Shown here: positions 40,181 through 54,010 of the stretch, piece after piece
Numbering within the stretch: position 1 is the first letter of the stretch
Layout of the letters: every line of letters begins with the position of its first letter
Assembly (NCBI GenBank): GCA_951406725.2
Contig: OX597814.1
Location: 90,954,001-91,018,000 of the forward strand
DNA length: 64,000 nucleotides
Direction of reading: 5' to 3'
DNA from: Octopus vulgaris
Lineage: Eukaryota
Position numbers and translations under genes: made by a program
The notes under the pieces: model-generated
The model's input: only the letters and a program-made list of their open reading frames with translations
Database searches by the model: none
Told to the model about the DNA's origin: nothing

Positions 40181-40623
40181 GGTCCCGGGTTGATTCGGGG
40201 TTAACCACAGTAAATAAGGTACTCAATACATAGCAGAGTAAAATTAATTTATTATATAGAAGGACCTTCTACAGGACTAGAACTGTTTCATTCAAGAGAA
40301 ATCAGCAGGAAGCTAGTTAACAAGAATTGTATTGGCATTTATACATTTAGGCAGGTTTAAAGGGGTGGTGGTGGGGGACTTTTTTGGGGGGTAGGCATAG
40401 CGCAAAAATATCATACTTGGGGGAGTGGTCAAGGAGTCAGTGGTAAATTAGATAAAAGAATAAATAAAAGAATAAAAAAATATAGAAGAATAGAGTTTTA
40501 GGTAAATAAGGAGATTCTCACTTATACATATACACATATGTATATATATACACACACACACATATATACATACACACATACATACACACACACATACATA
40601 TATATACATATATATATATATAC

Positions 40624-40654
<31 letters not shown>

Positions 40655-41273
40655 TATACATGCATATATATATACACACACACATGTCTATATACACACA
40701 CGCCCACACATACATATACACACAAAAATATATACATACACACACATACACACATACACATACACACATACACACACATATCTACATACACACATGCACA
40801 CACAAGTCCCTATATACACATATATATATATATATATACGTATATATATATATATATATACATATGTGTACCTATACATACCTACACATACACACATATA
40901 CATACAAATACAAACCCATTCCCTAATTTTAATTAGTCTTCTAAGCGTGTAGACATGAATCTGTAGATACGCGTACGTATGTGTATATATGTGAATGTAT
41001 GTAGATGTATGTATGTATGAATATAACGCGTGCGTGCGTGTATGTGTATGAGTGTACGAATGAGTGAGTGTGCGTGCTAATGCGTGTGTGTGCGTGAGTG
41101 AGTGCTTGTGTTCAAGTAGAAAGATAAATGGACTTGCTGTTGTAGCCAAGATGCTTGTGACCCCGGTCAAAGATAACAAAAGTAATAAATGAAGATAATA
41201 ATAAAATTAAAATTAGGGAATGGGTTTGTATTTGTATGTAAATGTGTGTATGTGTAGGTATGTATAGGTACAC

Positions 41274-41339
<66 letters not shown>

Positions 41340-41496
41340 ATATAGGGACTTGTGTGTGCATGTGTGTATGTAGATATATGTGTGTGTATGTGTGTATGTG
41401 TATGTGTGTGTATGTATATATTTTTTTGTGTGTATATGTATGTGTGGGCGTGTGTGTATATATACATGTGTGTGTGTATATATATATGCATGTATA

Positions 41497-41527
<31 letters not shown>

Positions 41528-41904
41528 GTGTATATATATATGTATATATATGTGTGTGTGTGTATGTATGTGTGTATGTATATATGTGTGTGTGTGTTTG
41601 TATATATATACATATGTGTATATGTATAAGTGAGAATCTCCTTATTTACCTAAAACTCTATTCTTCTATATATTTTTTTATTCTTTTATTTATTCTTTTA
41701 TCTAATTTACCACTGACTCCTTGACCACTACCCCAAGTATGATATTTTTGCGCTATGCCTACCCCCAAAAAGTCCCCCACCACCACCCCTTTAAACCTGC
41801 CTAAATGTATGAATGCCAATACAATTCTTGTTAACTAGCTTCCTGATGATTTCTCTTGAATGAAACAGTTCTAGTCCTGTAGAAGCTCCTTCTATATAAT
41901 AAAT
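40178..41904. mobile_element. Long inverted repeat (~690 bp arms, ~270 bp spacer) of a Penelope-pLTR-like repeat
   Basis: 40247-40934 is the near-identical reverse complement of ~41205-41904, including microsatellite detail; both outer ends abut (TA)n; CUGAUGA...GAAAC motif near the arm ends. Confidence 0.85.
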
Positions 41905-41909
41905 ATATA

Positions 41910-42560
41910 TATCAAGAAAACAAAAAATGGAACAATAACGTAACAGGAGACAACAAACATCCGGAGAGTTACACGATACAAAAAAGGACGGAAAAAATAA
42001 GGACGGGTCATTCAGAGCTTCCTATCCTCAGTCGAGTCACAGATCATCATTTCAGTTTCGGCCGGTTACACTTGAGGCTGCTCCAATCTGTTTGGTCACA
42101 AGAAAATCTAAGTTAAGAGTATTAGACTCCCTGGAAGAATGCAAGCGAATGTATAAGAAGACAAGGACGGAAACAAAAACGGAGATATGGTACACAATTA
42201 CAAATACAACCAACAGGACATTACCCAAAGACGTCTTTCGAATAAGGAAGAATTAAATGAAGCTGGCGTGTGGGGACGTGACGCCTTACGGCAGGAACAT
42301 GGGAGCGTTGAGAGTTATGGAAAGGAATATAAGAAATGCTACATGGATGGTGGTCGAACCAAGAAAGAGAGGTCAGGCTTGGCGAAACAACGGTCACGTA
42401 GAAGAAGATGAGAGAGGTAGGGGCAGAAGGATTGAAGAATAAGGGAGGGATGAGAAAGAAAAAAAGAAATGAAAGGAACAGAGTGAGGTAAAAGTGAAGG
42501 GAAAATGAGAATGATGTGGAAGGTCAAGAAATGTGAGAGAGAGAGAGAGAGTGCGAGAAA
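41910..42560. repeat. Probable interspersed repeat beginning at (TA)n, followed by a purine-rich tract
   Basis: Start aagaaaacaaaaaatggaa.aa.aacgta is repeated at ~42658-42715; family not assigned. Confidence 0.45.
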
Positions 42561-42854
42561 AAGAAAAGTGGGAAGAGTCGTACAGAATTTAGATATATAT
42601 ATGTGCTTAAATACAGCAGACTAAAAGTGTACCTATGCAGCTATATGTATATATAAAAAAGAAAACAAAAAATGGAAAAAGAACGTAGCAGGCGAAAATA
42701 AAACATCTGGACAATTATATATATATATATAGATATATATATATATATATATACATATACGTATATATGCAAATATATATATATATTATGTGTATACATA
42801 TATATATGCACATGTATACATATTTATGCATACATAGATATGATCATGTGTACG

Positions 42855-42905
<51 letters not shown>

Positions 42906-45071
42906 ATATATGGATATATTCAGAGATTCACGTACAAACACACTCACACACACGCACACATATATGTTGCTCTCAAAAATTTTGTCTCAATTAATTTTAC
43001 ATGTAGTTATGCAAGGATGATCTGATCGAGGACAACCTTTTGTGTATTACAATTTATTATTCTGGTGCTTCTTATGAGACTTTACGCTCCTCAATACTAA
43101 TGTGTTGTGAAAATATTCCTTGATTAGGTTATTTAAGTAATGACTGCTAAATTTCCCTTAGGACTTTCAGCATGTGGAACATATAATGATGTGCAACTGA
43201 ACATTCTTAATGAGATGAAACGAAATAAATGCTTAATCAATATAAATTTTACCGTAATGAGAAGAATATTCATTAGCGAAAATGCAAATCGCTCTCAGAT
43301 GGCGAGAGAGAAAAAAAAATTCTTGTTAACGCGAATATATTTTCATCTTACGGGTATGATTTTACTTGGTTAAATATTATCTCAGATCACCATATTAGAT
43401 ATGGTAGACTGTACGTAAATTAAAATGTTCCACTCATGGTTATACAACAGTATCACGGGATTTGGCGGCGCTTTGTGTCCATGTGCAAAGAATTTTATTT
43501 CTTGTTCTACTCTTTTCTGATGGAATTAGTATAATCCAGTTTATGGCGCAAATCTTCTTCAGTTAAGGTTAAAGCAAGTATATATTATTAACATATATAA
43601 TGGTTGTACTGTCCAATATATTCAGGTTAAAATTATACCGAATAATTTGTTATTTGTTTTTAAAGACTCCACTTTCAAACTTGAAGTATGTTCGATAGCT
43701 AGCTTTAGTAGCAACACAAACTTAACACCAGCGCTAATAACACTAGCTCTAACATTTCTTAAATGTTCACATAACACACAATATACGTCGTTCAAGAAAC
43801 AAAAATATAACACTCATCTCTAACAGAGTTAAATACTAAGAAAGTACAAAGTTTCAACAAACTGAAAATATATACAGGCCTAGAAACACCTACACCCCCA
43901 ATATGAATTCTGACTAATTTGCTAGTGTGCGTTCGTCACTATTTAGCACGTTATAATAACAACAGCTTTCACTCGCTGATGGAATCCATTTTGTTACTCT
44001 CTTTTGTAGCAACGACTAAAATATATAGTCATACAGATAGGCTAGAGAGGGAAGAGACTATATACTTCAGTCCATGTAAATAGTTACCTCTTTTCAGAAT
44101 TTAGTCATCTATGTGCAACCTCGGTGTATCTGGAAACAATATATCTATGAGAACAGATATGTTACACTGAAATCTTCATGACATAGAATTCCTTCATCAA
44201 GACTACTCTTGTAAAATGAAGTACAATATTCAATTGAAAACAAATTGAAAATTAATTTTTAAAATCTTCGTCATATTTAATATAACGTTTAAAGTAAAAT
44301 TTCGTAAGGTAGAATAACTAGTCCAGATTTGAACGAGCAAGCAACTTCATTTTAGTTTAGTGATTTTTTCCCATTCTATTTTAGTATTTTCTCGTTTGCA
44401 TTTTCAAGATGTGCATATATATATATATATATATACAATATTCTTTCCTTTGCGTTTTTTTCAGTTGATTTAACTTATAATGTTCGAGATAATTAAAAAC
44501 ATTGAACGAAACATATAAGATTTATTTTATTTCGTTTATTTTGAAGTGGTTTGCGCACCTGGCAATTCGTAGCTTTAATTAGATCTGTTTAATCGCTTAA
44601 ACCTTATTTGGTTTACAATTCGATAAAAATAATTTACGTGTGAGAATTAGAATTATGAGAGGCTAAACTATTGATTATTTTCATACCGAAAAAATCGCGT
44701 GGATATATCAACCTATTAGGTCGTCTTTTTCACACCGATTTTAACATGGAATACACATCCAAGGATAATGAGAAATGAATGCAGTGACGTCAAAATTATT
44801 GACGTATAATTAATCAAAATGTTTAATAGTGATAGGATATTGAAGACAGACATAAAATTTTGCAATAATAATTAGTAATATTAGTTATAGTGGAAGAAAG
44901 ATTAGCACTTCTGTTCAAAGATATATAATTTTGACAGTGTACATACACTTCAGTGTATTTCCTATTGGTCTTTTACACTTTGATCATTGACACGATGTCC
45001 CCGTGATACACTGGGTGATGGTGTGTATTGGTGTATGCAAGTGTACATTCTATGTGTGTATGAACTCATAT

Positions 45072-45124
<53 letters not shown>

Positions 45125-45126
<2 letters not shown>

Positions 45127-45320
45127 ATCTAAATATGAAAGCACAAAGAGAAAACACAACAAGGTGAGGACGTGGAACAAGTAGAGTGTTATTAGACGCT
45201 CAGGAAAGGAACGAAAGAAGGAGGATTTCACGTTTCGAGCGGAGCTCTTCGTCAGAAACAGAAAAAGGAAGGATCCAAGGAAGGGAAGACGGAGGAAAAA
45301 ATTGACAACGTTACACACGC
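45125..45320 (-). mobile_element. Penelope-like pLTR-type repeat carrying a hammerhead motif
   Basis: Starts at (TA)n; homologous to 636-830; contains the HHR at 45226-45258. Confidence 0.7.
45226..45258 (-). ncRNA. Minimal type-I hammerhead ribozyme motif
   Basis: uuu-CUGACGA-a-gagc(ucc)gcuc-GAAA-CG-UG-aaa; core intact with palindromic ACGU stem III, but N17 is G (probably inactive copy). Confidence 0.7.
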
Positions 45321-45359
45321 AGAGGAGAATAACCAATTTGAATATTCAAACATTTTGTT

Positions 45360-45665
45360 TATTTTCAGTTAAAATAAAGACCCAACACGTGCTTCTATCA
45401 AACCAATCGCATATTGTTGCATATTCATATGCAGTGATTCATGCATTATTGGTGCGATCTATTTAGGCCAAATATATTTGACATGGAGAAAAACATCTCA
45501 TTGTGGAATGTTCCATGTTTACTACTGTTACCAAATCTAATTCAAATTTATTTCAAACGATGTCAAATTTATTTGCCTTGAGAGGTCGCACCAATAATGC
45601 ATGAATCGCTGCACATGATTGGTGCGATTGAAACACATGACAGACTTTTATGCTAACTGGAACCA
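45360..45665. mobile_element. Foldback/MITE
   Basis: tgcagtgattcatgcattattggtgcgatct...caaatatatttgacat versus atgtcaaatttatttg...aggtcgcaccaataatgcatgaatcgctgca. Confidence 0.7.
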
Positions 45666-45853
45666 TTTTGATATTGCTCTTACACTCTAAGTAGCCAAGA
45701 AATGAACTGCAACATCTGACGAGAGCTTATGGTAGATTATCAAAAAAAAAAGAAGAAAAAAAAGAAAAGTAATAAAAGAAAAAACGCACAAGCGGAAGGA
45801 ACCAGAAAGTTAATATCTGCCTCTATATCACATCCCTCCTCATGCAATATACA

Positions 45854-45898
<45 letters not shown>

Positions 45899-45943
45899 GC
45901 CTGTGTGTCTGTGTGTATACATATATATATATATATACAGGAA

Positions 45944-46318
45944 GAAGATGGAACATTAAAAATGAAACACTCTTTAATAACATAACAGATTATAATTTCT
46001 GTGTCTGTGCAGTGGTAACTGTTTTAAGTTGCTGAATTTTAATTCTCGTTCATTACAAAAATTATTTCATAAATAATTACGTCAATAGGTATGATTCAGT
46101 AACAGTTTTGTGCCAGTACTTCGTCGCGCAGACTGCGCTATGAGGAGTATGTTGCCCGATGATGTGCTGGCACAGAGCTTTTGCTAGAACATGTATTTGT
46201 GTAATTATTTATGAAATAATTTTATGTAATGCCTGAAAATGAAAGCTCAGTATAGCTGATGCTCGTTGCACAGAAACAAATATGCTAATTTGTTATTAAA
46301 CCCGTTATTTCCATCTTC
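45944..46318. mobile_element. Foldback/MITE
   Basis: Ends gaagatggaa / ttccatcttc; cattacaaaaattatttcataaataattac versus gtaattatttatgaaataattttatgtaatg; tgtgccagtac versus gtgctggcaca. Confidence 0.75.
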
Positions 46319-48964
46319 GTGCATAAATTTTTCACATAAATCCCGTATACTGATGTAGTGTGACATGTTTATCCAGCTCAGAAAATAAACTTGCTGTATG
46401 ATGGCTTATGGTAGTCGATACTAGTATAGGAGATTTTAAATGCAGGTTGCTAGGTTATAAGTGAGATAATATTGAATGTATTTGAGCACGTTATTTTGAA
46501 TTCTTTTCCTGCGTATATATAAACGTCTACTAGGTTTCATTAGCATGAACAATAGATGTATGAGAGTTGGGGTGTGGGCAACAGGAGAAAGAAATGAATT
46601 TTATATAGGAATCAACATTATTACAGTCGTAGCATTGTTAATTGAGATGTCATTGTTCTTGCTTTAAAGACAAGAATGTAATACTTATGCGTGTCTCTTT
46701 ACGATTCATACGAAATAAACATATTCCTATATATTTCCTGTTCGCTTCTACGCTTTTTCACTCCATTTATGTTCGTATATCTATTATTGAATAGTTTCAA
46801 ATGTATTTTATATCATAATAATGATTTGATCTAAAATTAATGTAATGCATTTCCGAGAGGGTTCCAGGAGTGAAAACGTGGAAGTATTTATTTTTAAAAT
46901 ATATATTTAAAGAAACTGCATCTAAAAGGCATTGTGTATTGTATTATTATTTATGAATCAATAACTAGTTTTGGTACTTTCATTTGTTAGACAAGCAACT
47001 CCATGTAAAAGAATTCGAAAATTCTGTTTATGGTATATTATCAATACATATATATCATATAAGTACTTCTAAAGAAAACCATTGAATAAATACTGATGAA
47101 TAGTAATTACCAACATCCTGCTGACTTTCGAATTCGATATATATTTCACTATTTCAACGCTCAAAATCTTTTCTTAAAAATAAAGTTGTATATAGAATAA
47201 CATTAGGTGAGGTACTTGCTAAAATTTTGTGATGTTTTGCATAACTCAATTTTCACTGCAAGCACTTTTTACAGTGGTGTGCATATTAACATATACTGCA
47301 TCGAAGCTTTATTATTTTGTGATTTTATTCCTAACATCGAATTGGCAGCAAATATCTAGGAACGATACTAGTGTACATTTAAGAAACAACAGTGATGTTG
47401 AAGATCAACATGTCCCGGAAATCATATTGGTGTAAAAAAAATACTATTGGTGTAAAGAATCCTTCTTTAAATTATTAAATGTTCTATAATTGCCTTCAAT
47501 TTCAGAGGCTTTTATATAAAAGAAGGCGTCATTGCCAGTTCAAATCTAACACATTCATACGTAAAAATGATACGGAATGAACATCACATGGGAATAAACC
47601 GCATTTAACAATTGGCTTTCCGGCTGGTGGGTTACTGTAAGATATCACAGGAAAAATATAGTTTGACCTGCTAAATATATGACATCGATGCTGAAGTAAG
47701 GAAGTTAGCAGAATTGTATTTCAGGTAATCAGTATCGATTTAGAAGTGCTTGAACGCTTTTCTGATAACTTTTAAAATATTATTTTAGATGCCTATATTA
47801 TCAGTTTTGTGAAGTATAAAGGGTTCGCAGTCTTAATTCCACATGGTTGTATGAACTCCATTCCATATTATATGTGACATATGGTAATGTGAGCAATAAA
47901 AGATCTTTTGGAAACCTGAAAAATCGTATTTCGCTGCTCCCTGTAGCACCTTGTACATGTATCTGTTATCAAACATACGGGTCAACGAAAGATACAGGAG
48001 TGGAATTTGGGAAAGATTTTCAGAGAGGAATTTTACTGTGGCAATTGTCCCACTTCTTGAGGCCCATATATGCTGTTGTGAAAGCCCACTAGTTTGCAAT
48101 TGCTCAGACTATATTCCAATCTAATAACTTCTCTTTCTGCGACTAGTTCGTAGATCCAAAATGTCATAGGTGAAAATCGACATCATAACGACCGACAGTC
48201 AAAAGAGATAGCCGATGAAATAATTTGATTCTTTCTTAAGAATCCTTTTTCCTATCTTCGGGTTTAATGCTATAACCTGTCATCTCACAATTCCTAACGT
48301 TTGGAAATTGAATCTAAACATATTTGCAGAATAATTGCGACTCTGTTACGATAATATAAACAAATATTTCCACAGTAATAATTTCCAATCAATTCATTTA
48401 CAGCTAGATTTCATAAAATTTACCTCATTTTGCAAGTGTTAATTAAGAAAGATGTCTAGGTTTATAATCGAATAATACTCAATCACACCTTAACTCGAAG
48501 TTGTCATTACGATTAGCATAAAATATCGTAGATTTAAACAACTTCCCTTCAGTGTTGTATTCTAACTACAGGTATTGCAGGTTTACCTCTCAATTCATAA
48601 AATAGTATGTAAAGCATACGAATATCTGCAACAGCATATAATCTAGGTTCAATAATTTTTGTCGAGAAAACTCTGCATTTTCTCTACTTTGCTGAACTGT
48701 ATTATGTACAAGAAGATGGCATTTTAAATAAATATAAACAACTTGCTCAAAGCGTTTTCTTTCTCTGACTACACCAAACTCCTTAGCATATAAGACATAA
48801 AGACAATACAGATTGATTTGTGATGGTAGGATTTAACACGGAGGAAATACAGACATGTAAGAGCATGTCAATGGTCAGTATTAGAAGACCTCGACTGAAT
48901 ATTATTTAGAATAAAGGATTAGATGAAATATTGCGTAACGAAACCTATTCACTTGAAACAGCCA

Positions 48965-49159
48965 TGTTCTATATTTTGGAGATGAAGAATTATGTACGCT
49001 GTTTACGTTATTTATATGTGTCCTCATCTTTGTTGTTACCACAACGCTTCGGCTGATTTACTCTCTCGCCTCCATCAAATGTCCTGGTAGAATTGTGAAC
49101 CCAACCCTGGGTTCTCATTCGCAATGTCTATTTATTGCTGATATTATTATTATTATTAC

Positions 49160-49235
<76 letters not shown>

Positions 49236-49366
49236 TATTCAAGGTTCTGCCTGGAATTGAGCTCGCAATCCTGCGGTTAGTAGACCGCACTCTTAACGAC
49301 GGGCATACAGCGTACTGGATAATAGCGTGGGCTACTAACCCCAAGATTGTGAGTTCAATAATAATC

Positions 49367-49400
<34 letters not shown>

Positions 49401-49570
49401 TAATAATAATAATATCAGTAAAAAAATAACTAAGCAATGAGAACCCAGGTATGGGTTCAAATGTCTACCAGGACACCTGATCAAACGTGGAGAGTAAATC
49501 AGTCGAAAAGTGATAACAACAAACAAGATGAAGACACATATCCGTCCAATGTATGTTGCTAGAGATGACC
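48965..49570. mobile_element. Palindromic composite element (tRNA head + (TAA)n + hammerhead), copy 2, more diverged
   Basis: Left: HHR-homologous segment (49040-49084), (ATT)n, reverse-complement tRNA head (49247-49300). Right: partial head gggctactaaccccaagattgtgagttcaat, (AAT)n, ggacacctgatcaaacgtggagagtaaatcagtcgaaa, aagatgaagacacatatccgtc. Confidence 0.82.
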
Positions 49571-50285
49571 CAATTTCAACATCTGTATTTGAGATGAAAA
49601 CGCAGGGTAAGCAAGTCTTCTCCGAACATTCATGTGAGACTATCTTCCCGTTCAATGTGAACAATGCCTTTTGTGAAAAATCTCAGAATTGAATTTGAAT
49701 TTGAAGCGTTGCCACAAGAAATTTATGTAGGCGCAATGTTTCAGCGAGTACTTGTACGTTGTTGAATATTTCAGTTAGAGAGACTTAAAGCAAACAATTA
49801 ATGCCATTGCTGGCGATGACTGAAGGAGTTTTAAGATGCTATTTAACTATTTTTCCCTTTGGGAAACACTCCATCCTTGACATTCTAAATTCCATTCATA
49901 CAATTTCCTACAATTTCTAGAAGCATTTCGGAAATTATTCTGAAATGCTTTCCTAATAAATTTAACAAAAGAAAAAAACAAGCTACTATCTTCAAATGAA
50001 CTTCAGAACAGTTTAATTTTAATTTATCTGTACATCAAAAGGAAACAAGAACATTACACTTGATAGAATAATGGACGACGTGCTATTGAGGACATTGAAT
50101 GTCAGAATCTAATTGAGAGAAAGGAAACATTAAAAATACATGCTGAGGTTGACCGGCTCCTACTAACGCAATAAAAGAGAATTTAAATAAAAATATCGGT
50201 AAAGGTTTCCACCTAGTAAAAACCATAGGACAAAACTTAATCCGCATTACTATATTCAAAATTACTGCTATATATTGGTCCTATG

Positions 50286-50690
50286 GGCGCAGCGGTGGCT
50301 AAGTCGTAAGAAGTTTGCCTCCTAGGTACATGGGTCCTGGTTCAGTCTCACTGCATTGCATCTTGGGCAAGTGCCTTCTACTATAGCCCCAGGCCGATCA
50401 AATCCTTGTGAGTAGGTTTGCTAGACGTTGACTAAAAGAAGACTGTCGCACATACTTACATGTATATATATATATGCGCGCGCAGGAGTGTGCATGCGAT
50501 TGTGTCTGTGTTTGTCTCTCACCATCGCCTGACAACCACCGTTGGTTTGTTTAATATCTATAACTTAGCGGCACGGCAAAAGTGGAAATAAAATACTTGA
50601 AAGGCTGAAAATGAATTTAAAAATATATTGGGATCGATTTAGTCGACCAAAGCCTGTTGCAGGCTTTGCCCCAGATCGGAACTGACTACA
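50286..50690 (+). mobile_element. tRNA-derived SINE family A (diverged)
   Basis: ggcgcagcggtggctaagtcgtaag head; cttgggcaagtg; ccttgtgagtagg; aacttagcggcacggcaaaa. Confidence 0.85.
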
Positions 50691-50777
50691 TCAAGCCTAC
50701 AAGTTTTGTTGTTGTTTATTTAACACTTTTGATACGGAATGTATCCAGGACATCGAGGCAATGATGGTGTAACGAGA

Positions 50778-50960
50778 AAGGTGACCGGCAGACTTTGCTG
50801 CTGCGGCGCAGGTTGGATCAAATTCTGAGATCAAATTCCACGGAGTTCAACTTTGCTCTTCGTCATTCCTGGGTCGATGGAATAGGTACTAGCAGAGCTA
50901 TTGTGTCGATGTAATCGACTTACCCACTACCACTAAAAATGCCAAAATTCGGAAGCAGCA
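50778..50960 (+). mobile_element. Decayed SINE family B
   Basis: tcaaattccacggagttcaactttgc...gggtcgatggaataggtact...gtcgatgtaatcgactta. Confidence 0.65.
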
Positions 50961-52995
50961 TTATGAATAATAGTCGTTTCCAGATGTCGAATATCTGGAG
51001 GATATAAGAAACTAATAAACGGGAAATTACTGAATGCAAACGCTTTGAAATGTTAATGTTACTAGTGTAAATTACTTTTCTCCTATTCAACATTAAAAGT
51101 ATGCAGGTTTTCTTCCGAAAAGCATTCTCAATACTTAAAAGTGATTGCATCTATGTTTCGTGGATTAATTGCGAACACTAGAAAGAGATATATGTATGCA
51201 CGAAATAGTTCGTTTTTAAAGTAAAACTCAGTTTCAAGAGGTGGAATCACTGATCGTTGCAATTATCATAATTGATCGTTCTATTTAAATAGAAATCATC
51301 CAAATTTGTATTGCAAATATAATACACCACTTAAAAAGTAGTGCTTCATCTTCTGTCCGGTTGCTATAGCTCACTGCCGTATATGGGCGGGTAGATGACG
51401 AGGTTCTCCATTACATGAATTAGTTCAAATTTAAACGAATAAAACCGATAGGTTAATAAATCTCCTTTTTATCACGACTACCTAAGTACTAGTAAAGGTT
51501 CGTTACGGATTTGCTGACGGATATCTTGTATACTCGATGGGCTGGATTGTTAAGTCTGTTGACAGTACTCAATTTACAGAGAATTCAATTAAGAAATGAA
51601 ATAAATCCTTTTGAATTACGCTCAGTAAAAAGCAACAAAACAGTGAAAATAAAGAGAAATAATTCAGTGATGGACTGCACATTGCATCCGTAAAATTGAT
51701 ATTGATTTCAATTTCAAAAAATCTCCAAAATTAAATATATTGAATTTGTGCAAAATTTTTCAAAAGAAAATCTCATGAATGACGACATTTATCGAGTATT
51801 GTTTGTAGATGAAAGATAGATTTCACTTAAAATAGTTTGTTATTCTTGTGATTCGAATTATATATGTGTTCGTATACTTGATATGTATTGCTCTGTCAAT
51901 AAAAAATATTTTGACGCAAAAATGAATTTACCTCCATTTACATGTGGATGTACTATTGGAACGAACTAAAATGCGGTCGGTATCATGAGAGAGAAACTCT
52001 CATATTGGCTTGTGGTGCAAAATGCACTTATTTTCGCTAGAGAGGAGATAAATCCCCTACACCTTCAGCGCCGTGACCACCAAACCACATGATTTCGACC
52101 TTCCTTATTCTCGTCCATCATGAACACTGGAATTCGAGGAAACAACAAGTTTTATTTATTGGAATATAGCATCAAAAAAGTCTAGCTCAATAACGTTTTG
52201 GTGAGAACCTCAAGTGGTATTAAGCTTATTTGAAGAACTTATCAGTCTGGTATTTTACATTTCAAAAATGTTTTTATTTTTTATAACGGAAGCTTGTTGT
52301 CTCTTTTGTAGTACCCGATACTGACAATAGCGAAGTCGCTAGAAATGCCTTTAATTTATCGGTCTACTAGATGGCGCTTCGAAATGAATGTTGTGGTTCC
52401 AATACTTGTTGCTCTGTAAAAAAAAATAAACATTTTAACGTATGAAATATGCTACAAGTTTATTCTAACTATAAAACATTACTTATTTGACAACACTTCT
52501 TGTTAATTTGACAAAATTACTTCGACTTCCCACGCATACTGAACATACATACCCACACACATACATAATATACATGCATACGTACATACATACATACATA
52601 CATACATACATACATACATACATACATAAGAGGATGGTAAAATGTGGGCTGTACGACACCAAGATTGAACACGTCAACCATATTAATTCCAACTGTGAGA
52701 GGATGTCTTCCAGAAATCATCTTCCCATGAGGCATGACGCAGTGAGAAGAACGGTCTAGAAAAGGATAGCAAAAATGAAAACATGTACAGATGAAGTTGA
52801 CTACATGGAGTTTGATGGATCAAAAGAGTATTGCTGTAAGTTGATAATTAAAACTGCCATCATATTCGAACAGAATCGAACAGATATTATCTGAGCCCAC
52901 AAGCGAAAGTTATATTTTATTGTAGAAATCAGCTGCTCTCTGGTACTTATGTAGCTCGGCAAATACGAGAGAAAGCGAACATCTATGGACCATTT

Positions 52996-53135
52996 TAAGG
53001 AGTTTGCTAATGCGGTGCTCAAGATATAATTTCAGCTTCATACTTATTATTATTGAAGCAACCGTATATATACGAACCCGTCTGGATTGAAGTATGGCTG
53101 AAATTGTGTTCTTAGGGAGAGAAGGTAAATCCTTA
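52996..53135. repeat. Old small inverted repeat (MITE relic?)
   Basis: aagatataatttcagcttcatactt versus aagtatggctgaaattgtgttctt; ttaagga versus tccttaa. Confidence 0.45.
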
Positions 53136-53305
53136 ATTCATACACTACAAATTCCCAATATATTTGGACCATAATCATCTGCAATATGTTCTTAAGTCTT
53201 GAATACTGATTAACAAAACTAGACGCTTTCTTTCACCACCTAGCCCCCAAGTAGGTAGCCAACCAAAGTTTATTCCTTATTAAAAAAAGAGAAAGAGAAG
53301 ATACA

Positions 53306-53339
<34 letters not shown>

Positions 53340-53632
53340 CATACATATATACACAGTGCACAACAGAAAAAAAAACACGCAAGCATATACAGACACACAC
53401 ACGCACATATATAGTCATAAGGCAGTTATTGCGGGATGAAACATCTCAAGTTACATTGCCGTGTAATAGAAACTATACCACATAGATTCGAGTCGAACTT
53501 CTTACAAAGATAAACATGTATTCACGTGCATTTATTTTTCTCTATTTTTAGTGTTTGTTTTAATGATTATTAATCTATCTAATCTATCTATCACTGTCTC
53601 TGTCTGTCTGTCTGCCTGTCTGTCTGTCTGTC

Positions 53633-53704
<72 letters not shown>

Positions 53705-53772
53705 CACATATATATACACATATATATACATATATATATATGTGTGTGTGTATGTATATATATATATATATA

Positions 53773-53803
<31 letters not shown>

Positions 53804-53847
53804 ATTCATATATGTGTGTGCGTGCGTGATTGTATGCGCGCGTGTAT

Positions 53848-54010
53848 TCTTTTATTGTTTCATTCTATAACTTGCTCTGGGGCCCCACCTCGAAGGATTT
53901 TTAACACATCGACCTCATTACTCATCTTTTGCCTTTCTTAAAGTCAGCTACTTACAATACCGCTCTCCTATACCGAGCTTTTCCGTTACGGTCACGTAAA
54001 GAAACCAACG
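53848..54010 (-). mobile_element. SINE family A 3' fragment
   Basis: ctggggccccacctcgaagg...catcgacctc...accgagc...gttacggtcacgtaaa matches the reverse-complement tail. Confidence 0.55.

Noticed and set aside
42000-42075. Type II hammerhead on minus strand (GAAAC...CUGAGGA)
   Set aside because: Could not form the required stems.
47500-48100. Possible host exons (ag/gt signals, short ORFs)
   Set aside because: Frames tested contain stops, no recognisable peptide, and splice-like motifs are expected by chance.
49920-49951. Small hairpin aagcatttcggaa-atta-ttctgaaatgctt
   Set aside because: Short and isolated, with no supporting context.
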